A stretch of 64,000 bases of DNA from Octopus sinensis (lineage: Eukaryota): the NCBI RefSeq assembly GCF_006345805.1, contig NC_043003.1:79484001-79548000 (forward strand). The letters run 5' to 3'. Of this stretch, positions 26,151 through 39,779 are shown piece after piece. A model generated the notes under the pieces. That model was not told where the DNA came from. It saw nothing but the letters and a program-made list of their open reading frames with translations, and did not search any database. Numbering within the stretch: position 1 is the first letter of the stretch; the number at the start of each line of letters is the position of its first letter. The translations under genes and the position numbers were made by a program.

Positions 26151-26374
26151 TAATAATAATTACTATCATAAACAAAATAATAATACAGTGGACAGGGAAA
26201 AATAAAAGGATAGTGAAAAGATGAGAGGGAAGTGCCATGTGGTTTGTTGGATTATAAGAGTGTAATGTCGACGATGTTCAATGGGAAGGGGACATTTGTT
26301 GGCGAGTAAGAGGTAATCTAAGTTGTCATTAATAATAATTTTTTTGTTTATGAAACGTATGTAAGACGGTGCAA

Positions 26375-26767
26375 TCTTTATATATAAAAGAGAGGTTGTG
26401 TGCTGTCTGTCTCCTACGATTTAGATTCCTAACTACTCCCACATTTGCGGTGCAGTTTAACCAAAACCGGGTATCTTATAGTCGTGATTCATATCGAGCC
26501 CTTCTGGGTATTGGCGTGCGTCTACGATGAGTCTACGATTTTAAATAAAATTTACCATCAATTTTTCCCATTTTTAATGCATTTTTGGCATATATAAGGG
26601 AAGTAACTCTCTAAAAAATATTATTAAATCTCAGAACGTAAAAAGCTACAGTAACACCCCCCTTTGTGGTTAGCCATATTGAGATGGCTATTATACTTTA
26701 CATCTCTAAAAATGCTTATATAGTTATTTCCCTTACAAACCCGAGCAACGCCGGGCGATACTGCTAG
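26375..26767 (+). mobile_element. Non-autonomous Helitron
   Basis: 5' A|TCtttatatataaaag. 3' hairpin cccgagcaacgccggg followed by cgatactgCTAG|T. AT target, no TSD. Confidence 0.82.
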
Positions 26768-27004
26768 TATCTTATAAATAATTTCTCATGTTTCGTTTTG
26801 CTCCTCATATGTACTCTGTGATATATCGAAATTCAGTTACTGGTTATTTGTCGTATAATTTAAGTTTTAAATTGCACCACACACCCACACACACATATTA
26901 TGCACTGTTCCGTGATAGAAAATTCAACAACAAAAGTACTCCATCTGGTGAGAGATAAATATAAATTACAAGGCATAATACGTGTATTTAAGCGCTACTA
27001 ATAG

Positions 27005-27058
<54 letters not shown>

Positions 27059-27064
27059 TATATA

Positions 27065-27210
27065 TAGGGAGAGTTTACGAAAAAAACAAAAGACGAAGAC
27101 AGGTAGCGTACGAAACAAACAGATGTATTAGTATAACGCTCAAGAATAGAAAAAGTCTTTTACGTTTCGAGCCTACGCTCTTCTACAGAAAGGGACACAG
27201 AAAATACAAG
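27065..27210 (-). mobile_element. Short element with a hammerhead-like motif (27157-27192) in (TA)n
   Basis: CUUU-CUGUAGA-A-GAGC-GUAG-GCUC-GAAAC-GUA-AAAG. Confidence 0.6.
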
Positions 27211-27309
27211 AGAGAAAAAAAAATGAGAGAGAATAAAGGAGAGCAAAAAAAAGGAGAGAAAAAAAAATGAGAGAGAATAAAGGAGAGCAAAAAAAAGGAG
27301 AGAAAAAAA

Positions 27310-27361
<52 letters not shown>

Positions 27362-28449
27362 ACATATACACACACATACATTGAATACTCGAAATGAGGA
27401 GTAGATAGGCAGGTGACAACTAATGAAGGCTTGTTCTTTGTGTTACTTGTCCTGTTTCCATTTCTCTCGTTGTTTGCGTATTTAAGTCGGTTGTTTTCGT
27501 ACCTCATGTTGTTTATACAGTTGGTGACGTCCTGTACATATACATACTATATATATATATATATGCACATACATACATACATACATACATACATACATAC
27601 ATACATACATACATACACACATACATACATACATACATACATACATACATACATACATACATACATACATACATACGTACGTACGTACATTCTCTTGGCT
27701 TGGCTTCGCGAACGAAGGTTTACGGAGAGGCACCACCGCAAAGGCTGCGTGGGAAATTAAACTGACCAAAGTTAGTCGTCTTTGTTTTTTCCGCTTTATT
27801 CCCTTGTCTGCAGGGATGGTCCTTCAAGTGTTTTTAGAAGCTGGTATCTGGTGGACAATGAGACGCTAGCTTTCCGGTTTCAGTCATACTGTGTGGTACC
27901 TTGGTTATTTGTCCTCTACTGCAGTCTCAAGTGGACCAAATCCTTATGAGTGGATTTGGTGGACGGAAACTGAAAGAAGCCCATCATATGTATATGAGTC
28001 TATGTGTGTGAGTTCCCCCCTCCACCGCTTGACAACCGGTGCTGGTGTGCTTACATCCCTGTAACTTAGTGGTTTAGCAACAGACACCTTCTCTATAACA
28101 GTGCAATTAAGTGTTTCCCGATGATCCGTTGTAGCTCAGCGTCCATTTACACTTGGAACGTCGAATGCAGAGTTACAAACAACCACAATGGTGAAACGTA
28201 CGTAGGAACAAATAACATAAATTTGTGTTTATCGTACTTTCTCCTACATTTACTTTGTTTATACCGTAACTGATAACACTAGTAAGTATGGTTGTTACTT
28301 AACAACTGCACTGGAAGCCGACTGGACGCTGAATATCCACGTGTAGGAGCTCTTAACAGTTGTAATCGTACATCTTTTTGTACACACACTATACACTACA
28401 CACACACACGCACACACACACACACACACACCACACACACACACACGCA

Positions 28450-28488
<39 letters not shown>

Positions 28489-28617
28489 ACATACACACAG
28501 ATAACAACTTGAATCAAACTCAGTATGATTCTGATTTCTGAAGAGAGGGACGCATCCTACGCGCCCACGAGATGTTTCAAGTTATATAGAGCTGAGTCAA
28601 ACTAATATGTACATACA

Positions 28618-28658
<41 letters not shown>

Positions 28659-29014
28659 CCACCTAAGAATCAATAAGTCACAAAAGAATTTGCACTTGTA
28701 GGGTATATTAATCGAAGTATACAATATTATATATCTGTTACGGTCAATCTTACCGGTTGACTTTGTTTCTTGTTTTTATACCATTTAACCGTAAGAGAAG
28801 ATTTTTTTCTCCTCGATAACTGCAGTAGATTTGCCTTTAGCAGCTGAAATATGTCACAAACATATTTTAACTAATCTAAAGTTTACGTATACATACATAC
28901 ATACATACATACATACATCCATACATACATACATACATACATACATACATACATACATACATACATACATACATACATACATACATACGTACGTACGTAC
29001 ATACATACATACAT

Positions 29015-29350
29015 ACATGATGGTTGCCCCCTCATTATTGAGTATGGCCATTGCACGAAGCTTAACTGTTACTGGTGCTGTGATCGAATGTGACTTTTTA
29101 GCCCAGCTAAAGATCTACAATGTCTTGTACAGAATTGGCAGCTAATACCTTTACCGATAATAGCCGGCTGTAGTTGTAACTGGGCTTCATGTATCTTTGC
29201 ATGTCGTTTAAGTCCTCCTGCCGAATTACACTCTCTTCCACATGCCTGACAGATATGATTAGTATGGTGTGTTACACCACCACCAGTGGCCAGGTTGTCA
29301 CTCATCTGTCTCATTTTATGACTACGAAGATGACTCTTGAGTCCAGCTTT
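29015..29350 (-). mobile_element. 3' fragment of an RTE LINE encoding three C2H2 fingers, in (TACA)n
   Basis: CLSKAGLKSHLRSH / CQACGRECNSAGGLKRHAKIH / CQFCTRHCRSLAGLKSHIRSQH, then a short UTR ending caacca as in both RTEs above. Confidence 0.8.
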
Positions 29351-29741
29351 ACTGAGGCATACATACATACATGCATATATACATGCATACATAAATATTT
29401 ATATACACATGTGTGTGTGTGTGTGTGCGCGTGTGCGTGTGTTTGTGTGCATGTGTGTGTGAGACAGTGGCGGCTCGTGTATAGGCACTACAGAATTGCA
29501 GTAACCCCTATTTCCACTCGATATTATCGATAACATTCAATATAATGAGTCCTTTTTCTTTAATTCTTTCTTTATACTTGTACATTATATAATCTTTAAG
29601 CTTAATGTCAGTAGCAATCTCCTAGTTTATGAAAAAAATACAAAAATCCTTGTATAGAACTGTGCACTTCACAGTTCCAGCAACGCAGTGCTTAGCTGTT
29701 GTGCACATGCTCACATGTCCGAGATAGGAAGCTTCCCGCTA

Positions 29742-29797
<56 letters not shown>

Positions 29798-29898
29798 GAG
29801 AGAGAAAGAGAGAGAGAGAGCACTGTCGTTCACTCAGTGTCGATGAAAGGTAGTGTTTCTTTTTGACTCCGCGTGTGTTGTGCTTAAAAACGTGTTTA

Positions 29899-30416
29899 CC
29901 GTAAAACCTTGAGTATAATCCGCATTTTTTCCCAAAATTTAAATGTCAAAATCCTTAGTGCGTTCTATATACGAGGTTAAAAATGAAAAATATTTTCTAA
30001 GCAATGTCCAAGTCTCTATTTTCTGTCTGGCAATGTTTATTCAGACGCATTTTCTGATGTCGGGCGCGAAAATACCTTAAGTCAAGCCTGAAAGCAATGA
30101 AGTCAATAAAGAATCATCCATAACTTGCAGTAAGCAACATTTATTAAACGTTATTACTTTTATTACTATTATTTCCTTGTTTTCTGCAAACAAAATGTAC
30201 AAAATAGCTACACGTTTGCATTATGTTAGATACAATAATAATAAGGGACGTTACCGTATACATTTTTACAAACCAAGGACGTTATATAGACCTCCTTGAC
30301 TCAAGTTAGAGAAGGGGTGCGTACTATACACAAGGTTTAGGGTTTTCAGAGGTAAAGCCCACTAAAAATCCCCTGCGTATTATACTCAAGGGCGAACTAT
30401 ACTCGAGGATTTACGG
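29899..30416. mobile_element. pogo/Tigger-like MITE
   Basis: TA|ccgtaaaaccttgagtataa ... tatactcgaggatttacgg|TA. Confidence 0.8.
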
Positions 30417-31466
30417 TATATTCTTGAATGTAATAGAGTGTAGAATTAGATTATTATCCTGCTTGCAGCTTCAGTGTTGCTGCTAGAATTTGAAAAATAG
30501 GGCAGATTCCCACCCCTCTTATTTTGTGATTTAGGGGGATTTTTGAAAAACAAGGAGGAATTCACGCGGTGTTCAGTGAACAAATTAAACACACTACCCG
30601 GCAGTGACAGAAACGTGAACCGATCAAGTTTACGTATAAATTTTCTTTTTATATGTTTGTTTCCTTTTACATAATATGAAAACAACGGTTAAAAGTTTTC
30701 TGAAGAAGCACCACCATTGATTTTATCTACGAGCCGCCACTGGCGTGTGATTTACGTAATATTATATGTTTGTTATACGTTTGCATTAGTAAGTTGAGCA
30801 GAAAATAACCTTTTGGTATTTGTTTGCTAAGTTGCATCCGTTTGGTGCAATTAACCATTGGATGAATAATGATGATATAAGATATAGGAGTTGCAAAATT
30901 GACTAAAAGTGACCAGGGTGATGCTAGAGAATGGGAGCAGCGCATTGGCTTAAATAAGTGAAAGAATTTTCATCCGTGCGTATATAATTAGGCATGTGCA
31001 TACGGTTGGGCACCTACTCATACTTCACGGATATACGACACCGTATGCATATATATTCTTTTCAAATTCCGCCGAGGACGACTTTGCCTGTCATCCTTTC
31101 GGGGTCGATAAATTAAGTACCAGTTACACACTGGGGCCAATGTAATCGACTTAATCCGTTTGTCTGTCCTTGTGTGTCCCCTCTATGTTTAGCCCCTTGT
31201 GGGTAGTAAAGAAACATATATATTCTTTTATTCTTTTACTTGTTTCAGGCATTAGACTGCGGCGATGCTGGGGCACCGCCTTGGACATTTCGTCGAATAA
31301 TTCGACCTCAGTATTTACTTTTTCAAGCCTGTTACTTATTCTATTGGTCTCTTTTACCGAACTGCTACGTTGCGGACACGCCACACACACCGACGCCGGT
31401 TGTGAAGCAGTGGTGGTGGTGAGGCAAACACAGACGTAAAGAAACACACATACACATATACATCCT

Positions 31467-31514
<48 letters not shown>

Positions 31515-31712
31515 ATTTATGACGGGCTTCGTTCAGTTCCGTTCTACCAAATCCACTTACAAGGCTTTGGTTGGGCAAGTGTCTTCTACTATAGCCTCAG
31601 GCTGACCAAAGCCATGTGAGTGGATTTGGTGGACGGAAACTGAAAGAAGCCAGTCGTATATATTATATATATATTATATATATATATATATATATACATG
31701 TGTGTGTGTGTG

Positions 31713-31770
<58 letters not shown>

Positions 31771-31871
31771 GAGAGAGAAAGAGAGAGAGAGAGCACTGTC
31801 GTTCACTCAGTGTCGATGAAAGGTAGTGTTTCTTTTTGACTCCGCGTGTGTTGTGCTTAAAAACGTGTTTA

Positions 31872-32388
31872 CCGTAAAACCTTGAGTATAATCCGCATTT
31901 TTTCCCAAAATTTAAATGTCAAAATCCTTAGTGCGTTCTATATACGAGGTTAAAAATGAAAAATATTTTCTAAGCAATGTCCAAGTCTCTATTTTCTGTC
32001 TGGCAATGTTTATTCAGACGCATTTTCTGATGTCGGGCGCGAAAATACCTTAAGTCAAGCCTGAAAGCAATGAAGTCAATAAAGAATCATCCATAACTTG
32101 CAGTAAGCAACATTTATTAAACGTTATTACTTTTATTACTATTATTTCCTTGTTTTCTGCAAACAAAATGTACAAAATAGCTACACGTTTGCATTATGTT
32201 AGATACAATAATAATAAGGGACGTTACCGTATACATTTTTACAAACCAAGGACGTTATATAGACCTCCTTGACTCAAGTTAGAGAAGGGGTGCGTACTAT
32301 ACACAAGGTTTAGGGTTTTCAGAGGTAAAGCCCACTAAAAATCCCCTGCGTATTATACTCAAGGGCGAACTATACTCGAGGATTTACG
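31872..32388. mobile_element. Second copy of the pogo/Tigger-like MITE (inside the tandem duplication)
   Basis: Identical to the 29899 copy apart from 1-nt indels. Confidence 0.8.
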
Positions 32389-33559
32389 TATATTCTTGAA
32401 TGTAATAGAGTGTAGAATTAGATTATTATCCTGCTTGCAGCTTCAGTGTTGCTGCTAGAATTTGAAAAATAGGGCAGATTCCCACCCCTCTTATTTTGTG
32501 ATTTAGGGGGATTTTTGAAAAACAAGGAGGAATTCACGGCGGTGTTCAGTGAACAAATTAAACACACTACCCGGCAGTGACAGAAACGTGAACCGATCAA
32601 GTTTACGTATAAATTTTCTTTTTATATGTTTGTTTCCTTTTACATAATATGAAAACAACGGTTAAAAGTTTTCTGAAGAAGCACCACCATTGATTTTATC
32701 TACGAGCCGCCACTGGCGTGTGATTTACGTAATATTATATGTTTGTTATACGTTTGCATTAGTAAGTTGAGCAGAAAATAACCTTTGGTATTTGTTTGCT
32801 AAGTTGCATCCGTTGGTGCAATTAACCATTGGATGAATAATGATGATATAAGATATAGGAGTTGCAAAATTGACTAAAAGTGACCAGGGTGATGCTAGAG
32901 AATGGGAGCAGCGCATTGGCTTAAATAAGTGAAAGAATTTTCATCCGTGCGTATATAATTAGGCATGTGCATACGGTTGGGCACCTACTCATACTTCACG
33001 GATATACGACACCGTATGCATATATATTCTTTTCAAATTCCGCCGAGGACGACTTTGCCTGTCATCCTTTCGGGGTCGATAAATTAAGTACCAGTTACAC
33101 ACTGGGGCCAATGTAATCGACTTAATCCGTTTGTCTGTCCTTGTGTGTCCCCTCTATGTTTAGCCCCTTGTGGGTAGTAAAGAAACATATATATTCTTTT
33201 ATTCTTTTACTTGTTTCAGGCATTAGACTGCGGCGATGCTGGGGCACCGCCTTGGACATTTCGTCGAATAATTCGACCTCAGTATTTACTTTTTCAAGCC
33301 TGTTACTTATTCTATTGGTCTCTTTTACCGAACTGCTACGTTGCGGACACGCCACACACACCGACGCCGGTTGTGAAGCAGTGGTGGTGGTGAGGCAACA
33401 CAGACGTAAAGAAACACACATACACATATACATCCTCACACACACACACACACACACACCACACACACACACACACACACACTCATTTATGACGGGCTTC
33501 GTTCAGTTCCGTTCTACCAAATCCACTACAAGGCTTTGGTTGGGCAAGTGTCTTCTACT

Positions 33560-33627
33560 ATAGCCTCAGGCTGACCAAAGCCATGTGAGTGGATTTGGTG
33601 GACGGAAACTGAAAGAAGCCAGTCGTA

Positions 33628-33668
<41 letters not shown>

Positions 33669-33669
33669 G

Positions 33670-33700
<31 letters not shown>

Positions 33701-34030
33701 TGCGTGCGTGTGCGTGTGTGTGTGTTTGTGTATCTGTTGGTCCCCCCAATATCGCTTGACAACCGATGCTGGTGTGTTTACGTCCCCGTAACTTAGCGGT
33801 TCGGTGAAAGCGACCGATAGAATAGATACTAGGCTTACAAAGAATAAGTCCTGGGGTCGGTTTGCTCGACTAAAGGCGGTGCTCCAGCATGGCCACAGTC
33901 AAATGACTGAAACAAGTAAAAGAGTAAAGAGTAAGAGTATAGCAGAAAACACTTGCCCAAGGTGCCACGCAGTGGGCATGAAGCCAGAACCAGAACCATC
34001 TGGTTGGGAAGCTTTTTACCACACAACCAC
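33560..34030. mobile_element. SINE family B modules (plus-strand 3' half followed by a minus-strand head fragment)
   Basis: gcttgacaaccgatgctgg...ggcggtgctccagcatggcc...gagtaaagagtaag, then acttgcccaaggtgccacgcagtg. Confidence 0.8.
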
Positions 34031-34110
34031 GTACAAATGAATAGAAAATTAAGCGTTTAAGCGTTTAAGCGTTTAAAGGGATTAAGAAACAAGCAGTATA
34101 TCTTCCGAAA

Positions 34111-34400
34111 TTTGAAACGTTTGGAGGGGGCGGGCCGCTAACGGCCAAGTTCTTATCAACGTTGGCGGCTTGCCTTACAAAGGTGTGTAGTGATGCCCGT
34201 GAGGGTTCCTGGCTGTTCCAACGACTAAGCCTTGCCATCACCCGTGGTAATGCCGCGAGCATGTTGGCTTGCTTCAGTAGGTTCCGTTGAACCTTGTAGT
34301 GTGCGACAAATTGAGGCACTTGTGTTGCGTTGATGTTTTTTTGAATTGATGTGTTTTTGTCATTTTCCCTTTCGTTTTTTTCATTTTCTTTCTTTTCCTT
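34111..34400 (+). mobile_element. CRE-clade non-LTR retrotransposon 3' fragment
   Basis: Hand translation of 34111-34290: FETFGGGGPLTAKFLSTLAACLTKVCSDAREGSWLFQRLSLAITRGNAASMLACFSRFR*. The FQRLSxAxxRGNAAS motif is characteristic of CRE-type RLE C-termini. Confidence 0.75.
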
Positions 34401-34454
34401 TCTTTGTTCCTCTTTTTCCATTTATTCTCTCGCTTTTGGATTTGTATTTTTAAT

Positions 34455-35627
34455 GTGGAAAAATTCTACACTGGATTAAGTATTTCCTGGCGAATAGAAC
34501 ACAAGAAGTTGTGGTCGATGGAGTCCACTCAAGCCCAGCAAAAGTTACCAGTGGTGTCCCTCAGGGGACTGTCTTGGGCCCGCTCCTCTTTATAATTTAC
34601 ATAAATGTCCTTTCCAGCGTCGTAAATCACTGCAAAGTGAAAATATTTACTGATGACACTAAGCTCAAGAAAATCATCAATGAAGAAGGCCGAACTCAAC
34701 TCCAGTCTGACCTATATGCTGTGAGTCAATGGGCAGACAAAAACAAAATGAAACTGAACGAGGGAAAATTTGAGCTGATGCATTTGAAAGAAAGTCTATA
34801 CTAAAATAGCCATACTCTCTTCCTTCTGGAGAACCGCTCACGGCATCTAATAACTTCAGAGACCTGGGTGTAATTGTTGATAACAATCTCAGTTGGAGTG
34901 CCCATATCAACAATAAGGCCGATATAGCTCGTAAGATGAGCTCCTGGATCTTAAGAACCTTTCGATCCAGAGAACAAGGTGTCAACATTCTACTTTTCTC
35001 CTCCTTTGTACGGCTACACCTCGAATACGGCTGCCCCTTGTGGTCTCCCTATACAAAACAAAACATCTCGAGGATTGAATCACGCCAGAGGGCACTCACT
35101 AAACGAATTGAAGGCATGACTGATTTCGATTACTGGGACCTCCTTAAAGCCTTGAAACTCTACTCTCTCCATCGTCGCCGCGAGCGGTACATCATTTGTA
35201 CGATGTGGAGAATATACCACCAGCATTGCCCAAATGACCTAAACATTAGTTTCAAGGTTCATCCAAGGCTGGGACCACGGGCCATACGTCCCCTGCCCTG
35301 TTCAGAATCACAACATATAGGTACACTGCGACATAATTTCTTTTCCTCAACAGGCCCTGCCCTGTTTAACATTGTCCAAAAAACTGATTAAAGGGGAAAA
35401 GGATCCCATCACCTTTAAACGGAATCTGGACAGATTTTTCAATGAATACCAGATAAGCCACCGATACCTGGATGCTACTCACTCAACAAGAACTCACTAC
35501 TTGAATGGACCATAAACAAAACTTGACTTAAAAAGGATTTAGATAATCCTATCAGGTGGTGCTATTAAGTTAGACATGGCCTGGACCAATCTTTCGTCGA
35601 AACATATCTAAGTTTTATCTAAGTTTT
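34455..35627 (+). mobile_element. CR1-like LINE 3' fragment, decayed
   Basis: SGVPQGTVLGPLLFIIYIN, FTDDTKL, FVRLHLEYGCPLWSPY, LYSLHRRRER. Tail (atctaagtttt)x2. Confidence 0.88.
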
Positions 35628-35629
35628 AT

Positions 35630-35790
35630 ACATACGTGGCTGTGTGGTAAGGAGTCTGTTTCTCAATCACATGGTTCCAGGTTCAGTCCCATTGCGTGGC
35701 ACCTTGGGCAGGGTCTTCTACTATAACCTTGGGCTGACTAAAGCTTTGTGGGTGGACTTGGTAGACGGAAACTGAAAAAAGCCCATCGTG
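35630..35790 (+). mobile_element. SINE family B head and core
   Basis: gtggctgtgtggtaag...ggttcagtccc...accttgggcagggtcttc...gaaactgaaaaaagccc. Confidence 0.85.
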
Positions 35791-35925
35791 TGTGTATGTA
35801 TGTATATAAATATATATATATATATGTATGTGTGTGTGTATGTGTGTTGTGTGTGTGTGTATGTATGTATATATATATATATAATACATACTTATATATA
35901 TATATATATATATATAACGTGAGAA

Positions 35926-36119
35926 AGAAGCAACAAGAATGGATAGGTTTTTAGTACAATCGTTTCATACAAGGACAGGCTTTATTAAAAATTGCAAAAA
36001 TTACAGCATATAAACGTGTACGGGACACGTTTATATGCTGTTGTAATTTTTTAACTTTTAATAAAGCCTGTCCTTGTATGAAACGATTGTACTAAAAACC
36101 ATCCATTCTTGTTGCTTCT
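35926..36119. repeat. Palindrome with about 95-bp arms and a 5-nt loop
   Basis: agaagcaacaagaatgg...taaacgtgt acggg acacgttta...ccattcttgttgcttct. Confidence 0.9.
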
Positions 36120-36241
36120 CTTCTGTCGATATATCACCCCACATTACTGTATGTTAAAACAGTATAGTTTTTTTGGTGCATCTAAGTTAGGTACCATATT
36201 CAAGTAAATTCTTTAAATTAACTTGAATCTTTATTGCTTTT

Positions 36242-36349
<108 letters not shown>

Positions 36350-36514
36350 CATAACATACACACACACACACGACGGGCTTTTTTTCAGTTTCCGTCTACC
36401 AAGTCCACCCACAAGCTTTAGTCAGCCCAAGGTTATAGTAGAAGACGCCTGCCCAAGGTGCCACGCAATGGGACTGACCTGGAACCATGTGATTGAAAAA
36501 CAGACTCCTTACCA

Positions 36515-36546
<32 letters not shown>

Positions 36547-36805
36547 CATATATTTGTGTTTGTGTCTCTGTCCCTGCCCCATCACTTGACAACCGATGCT
36601 GGTTTATTTACGTCCCTCTAAGCTAGCGGTTCGGCAAAAGAGACCGATAGAATAAGTACTAGACTTACAATGAATAAGTCCTGGGGTAGATTTGTTCGAC
36701 TAAAGAACCCTTTAAGGCGGTGCTCCAGCATAGCCTCAGTTAAATAACTGAAACAAAAGAATACATGTTATACACACACACACACGATACACAACACACA
36801 CACAC

Positions 36806-36837
<32 letters not shown>

Positions 36838-37275
36838 TCTCACAACTTCACCGAAGCACTTGTACATATATGTACATACTTCTGTATATGTATATGATAT
36901 ATACAACACCTACACACACATGCAAGAGGAGGTGGACGATAGAGAAACTGATTACGAAAAAGATGGAAAAAAGAAGTGGCTTAGGAAATACAAAGAGACA
37001 TTTGGGTGAAATTGATTATAAAAAGAGGAGCGGTTAGAGATTATATTACTGGTGGGGATGGCAGAGATGTGGGCGTATAGCGTAACTAGTCATCAAGGAG
37101 TTAAACCGTCCTAACAAAAAAACAAAGAAAAAAGGGAGAAAGAGAGAAGATATTTGACCCACTCCCCACTTATGTAACGCGATAAGCTCAGCGAGCTAAA
37201 GAGAGAGCATCCACACTGTCGCTTGGCTTGCTAGACTCGCTCAAATTACACCTTGCTGGTTTAGAAAACGTTTTA

Positions 37276-37802
37276 TTGGGTTGTCCGGAAAGTTCGTTCC
37301 GATTTTTCAAGGAAAGAAAGGGGCCAATAAATACTAGCCATTACATTTTTACATCTTCCCTTTAACTTGTAAATACCCTCTTTCCAGAATTGAGATGGTT
37401 TCATGGCAAAGAATTCATCAAGGTATCTTTTTACGTCATCCAAGGAATGGAAATTTTTACCATTAAGACTACTCTGCAGAGACCTGAATAAAATGGAAAT
37501 CTGAAGGAACAATATCTGGTGAATATGGAGGGTGGAGTAACACATCCCAGCCGAACTGCAGCAATTTTTGTCTGGTTCCCAAAGCATCAAGTGCCGAAAA
37601 TGAACTTTCTTATCTTCCATTTCAAAGGGTTACAGAATTAACACTGATTATAGGATCATAAATCTTCTTCCAGGAAAAGATAGCTTAAACTGTGCTCTAA
37701 ATGGATGTGTAGTCAAATCCTATTTTATGGACTCAACCATGTTCGAAAATAATTCGAAAGTTAAGCTACTATAGATCGGCACGAACTTTCCGGACAACCC
37801 AA
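37276..37802 (-). mobile_element. Internally deleted mariner element
   Basis: TA|ttgggttgtccggaaagttcg ... cgaactttccggacaacccaa|TA. Transposase C-terminus LFRSLQSSLNGKNFHSLDDVKRYLDEFF. Confidence 0.9.
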
Positions 37803-37894
37803 TATATCATGATCCTGGACTTTTTTTTTTAAAGAGGAAGTACAAAATGGTTATTCCAGAAATGTCATTGATCATAGGTCTGCTTGGGATTAGT

Positions 37895-38141
37895 AATAAT
37901 AATAATCCTTTCTACTACCGGCACAAGGCCTAAAATTTTGGGGTAGGAGACTAGTCGATTACATCGACCCCAGTACTCCATTGACACATAATTTATCGAT
38001 CCCGAAAGGACGAAAGACAAAGTCGACCTCGGCGTAATTTGAACTCACATTGTAAAGACAGACGAAATGCCATGAATCATTTTGCCCGGCGTACTAACGG
38101 TTCTGCCAGTTCGTTGCTTAATAATAATAATAATAATAATG

Positions 38142-38196
<55 letters not shown>

Positions 38197-38570
38197 TATT
38201 TTCTACCATAGGCACAAGGTCTGAAATTTTGGGGGAGGGGGATAGTGTTCAACTGGTTCTTATTTTACCGACCCTGAAAGGATGAAAGGCAAAGTTGACT
38301 TCGGCGGAATTTGAAATCAGAACGTAGTGACAGGCGAAATACCTATTTCTTTACTACCCACAAGTGGCTAAACACAAAGAGAACAAACAAACGGATTAAG
38401 TCGATTATATCTCCCCAGTGCGTAACTAGTATTTATTTATCAACCCCGAAAGGATGAAAGGCAAAGTCGACCTCGGCGGAATTTGAACTCAGAACGTAAC
38501 GGCAGACGAAATACGGCTACGCATTTCGCCCGGCGTGCTAACGTTTCTGCCAGCTCGCCGCCTTGTTAAA
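37895..38570 (-). mobile_element. Cluster of SINE family A copies separated by (TAA)n
   Basis: Core gatgaaaggcaaagtcgacctcggcggaatttgaactc occurs three times. Head gccagctcgccgcctt ends near 38563. Confidence 0.85.
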
Positions 38571-38571
38571 A

Positions 38572-38629
<58 letters not shown>

Positions 38630-39572
38630 CGATGATGATGATATGGGCTGGGGCACTGTCTTGAAGAATTTGTAGTCGAATAAATCGACCCAGGCACTTA
38701 CCTCTTCCTTTAAGCTTAGTACTTATTTTATTGGTGTCCTTTGCCGATCCGCTAAGTTACGAGGACGTACACACACTACCACCGTCGTTTCGAAGCATGA
38801 GTTTGGAAACATCCCAAGGCATTATTTTAGATATCAAGAAGAATCTTGTGGGCAGATGTGTCACTCTGGTTCATCTGTATACATCACCAATTAGGAAGTT
38901 GTAAATGGTCACTGACTTAGTAGTCAAATATCTGTTAAACCCACTGTCGCTTTGAAAAAAGGAAGGGTACATGGATGATATATTCCTAGATAATCGTAAG
39001 AACACAGGATGGTTTATGGGATTTGGCCTGACCAGTCGACAAGGAGAGGAGATTAAGGTGGGAGAAAGTACGGTTTAGTTCCAGGGTTGGGTTACATTAA
39101 GCGGAAGTTGCGAGAGCTAACGCATTGTAAAGGAAGGGCTGTCTAGTACAGAGTAAAAAAAAAATCGAAGAAATTTTGGTTCGCAGGTATGTATGTGTGT
39201 GTGTGTGTAAGAGAGAGGGAGAGAAAGAGAGAGAGTCTGAGGTAATTGTCTTTTATTCCATACCATACCTAGGATTGCCCATTATCTTCTGAGCGGAAGT
39301 TAGGAGAGAGTTCTCATCACACTGACACATTTATTTCTGGTGCTTCCTTGTGTCTCGTCAGAAAGTTCCTCTCCAGGATATGGTCCAGATTTCGTTTCTC
39401 TTTTGAATGACAGCAGACGACCATGCAAGCGAGTTCCTTCTTTTCACATCACTGTTGTTGTTCAAAGGAAAGTCATAGAGTGGTATAAACTTGGTACCAG
39501 TTTGGAGGCATACAATATCGTAAGAATTCTTAATTCTAACCCACAGTGAAGTTGTATACATACATGTATATA

Positions 39573-39619
<47 letters not shown>

Positions 39620-39779
39620 CTTTTAAATTTGTTTACAAGAAACGTTTTGAATATGCAAATAAAACTCCTATTCAATTATGCCTGACACAGTCTAATGATG
39701 CTGACTAGCGAACCAGTTTTTTGGGGTTGTCTCGAGCTGTAAATAATAATAATAACAACTCGACACCAGGATTTATTCC

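Larger units (their letters stand above)
29745..33690 (+). repeat. Tandem duplication with about 1973-bp period (MITE, spacer, SINE A and SINE B modules)
   Basis: cactgtcgttcactcagtg begins at both 29821 and 31794. Confidence 0.95.
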
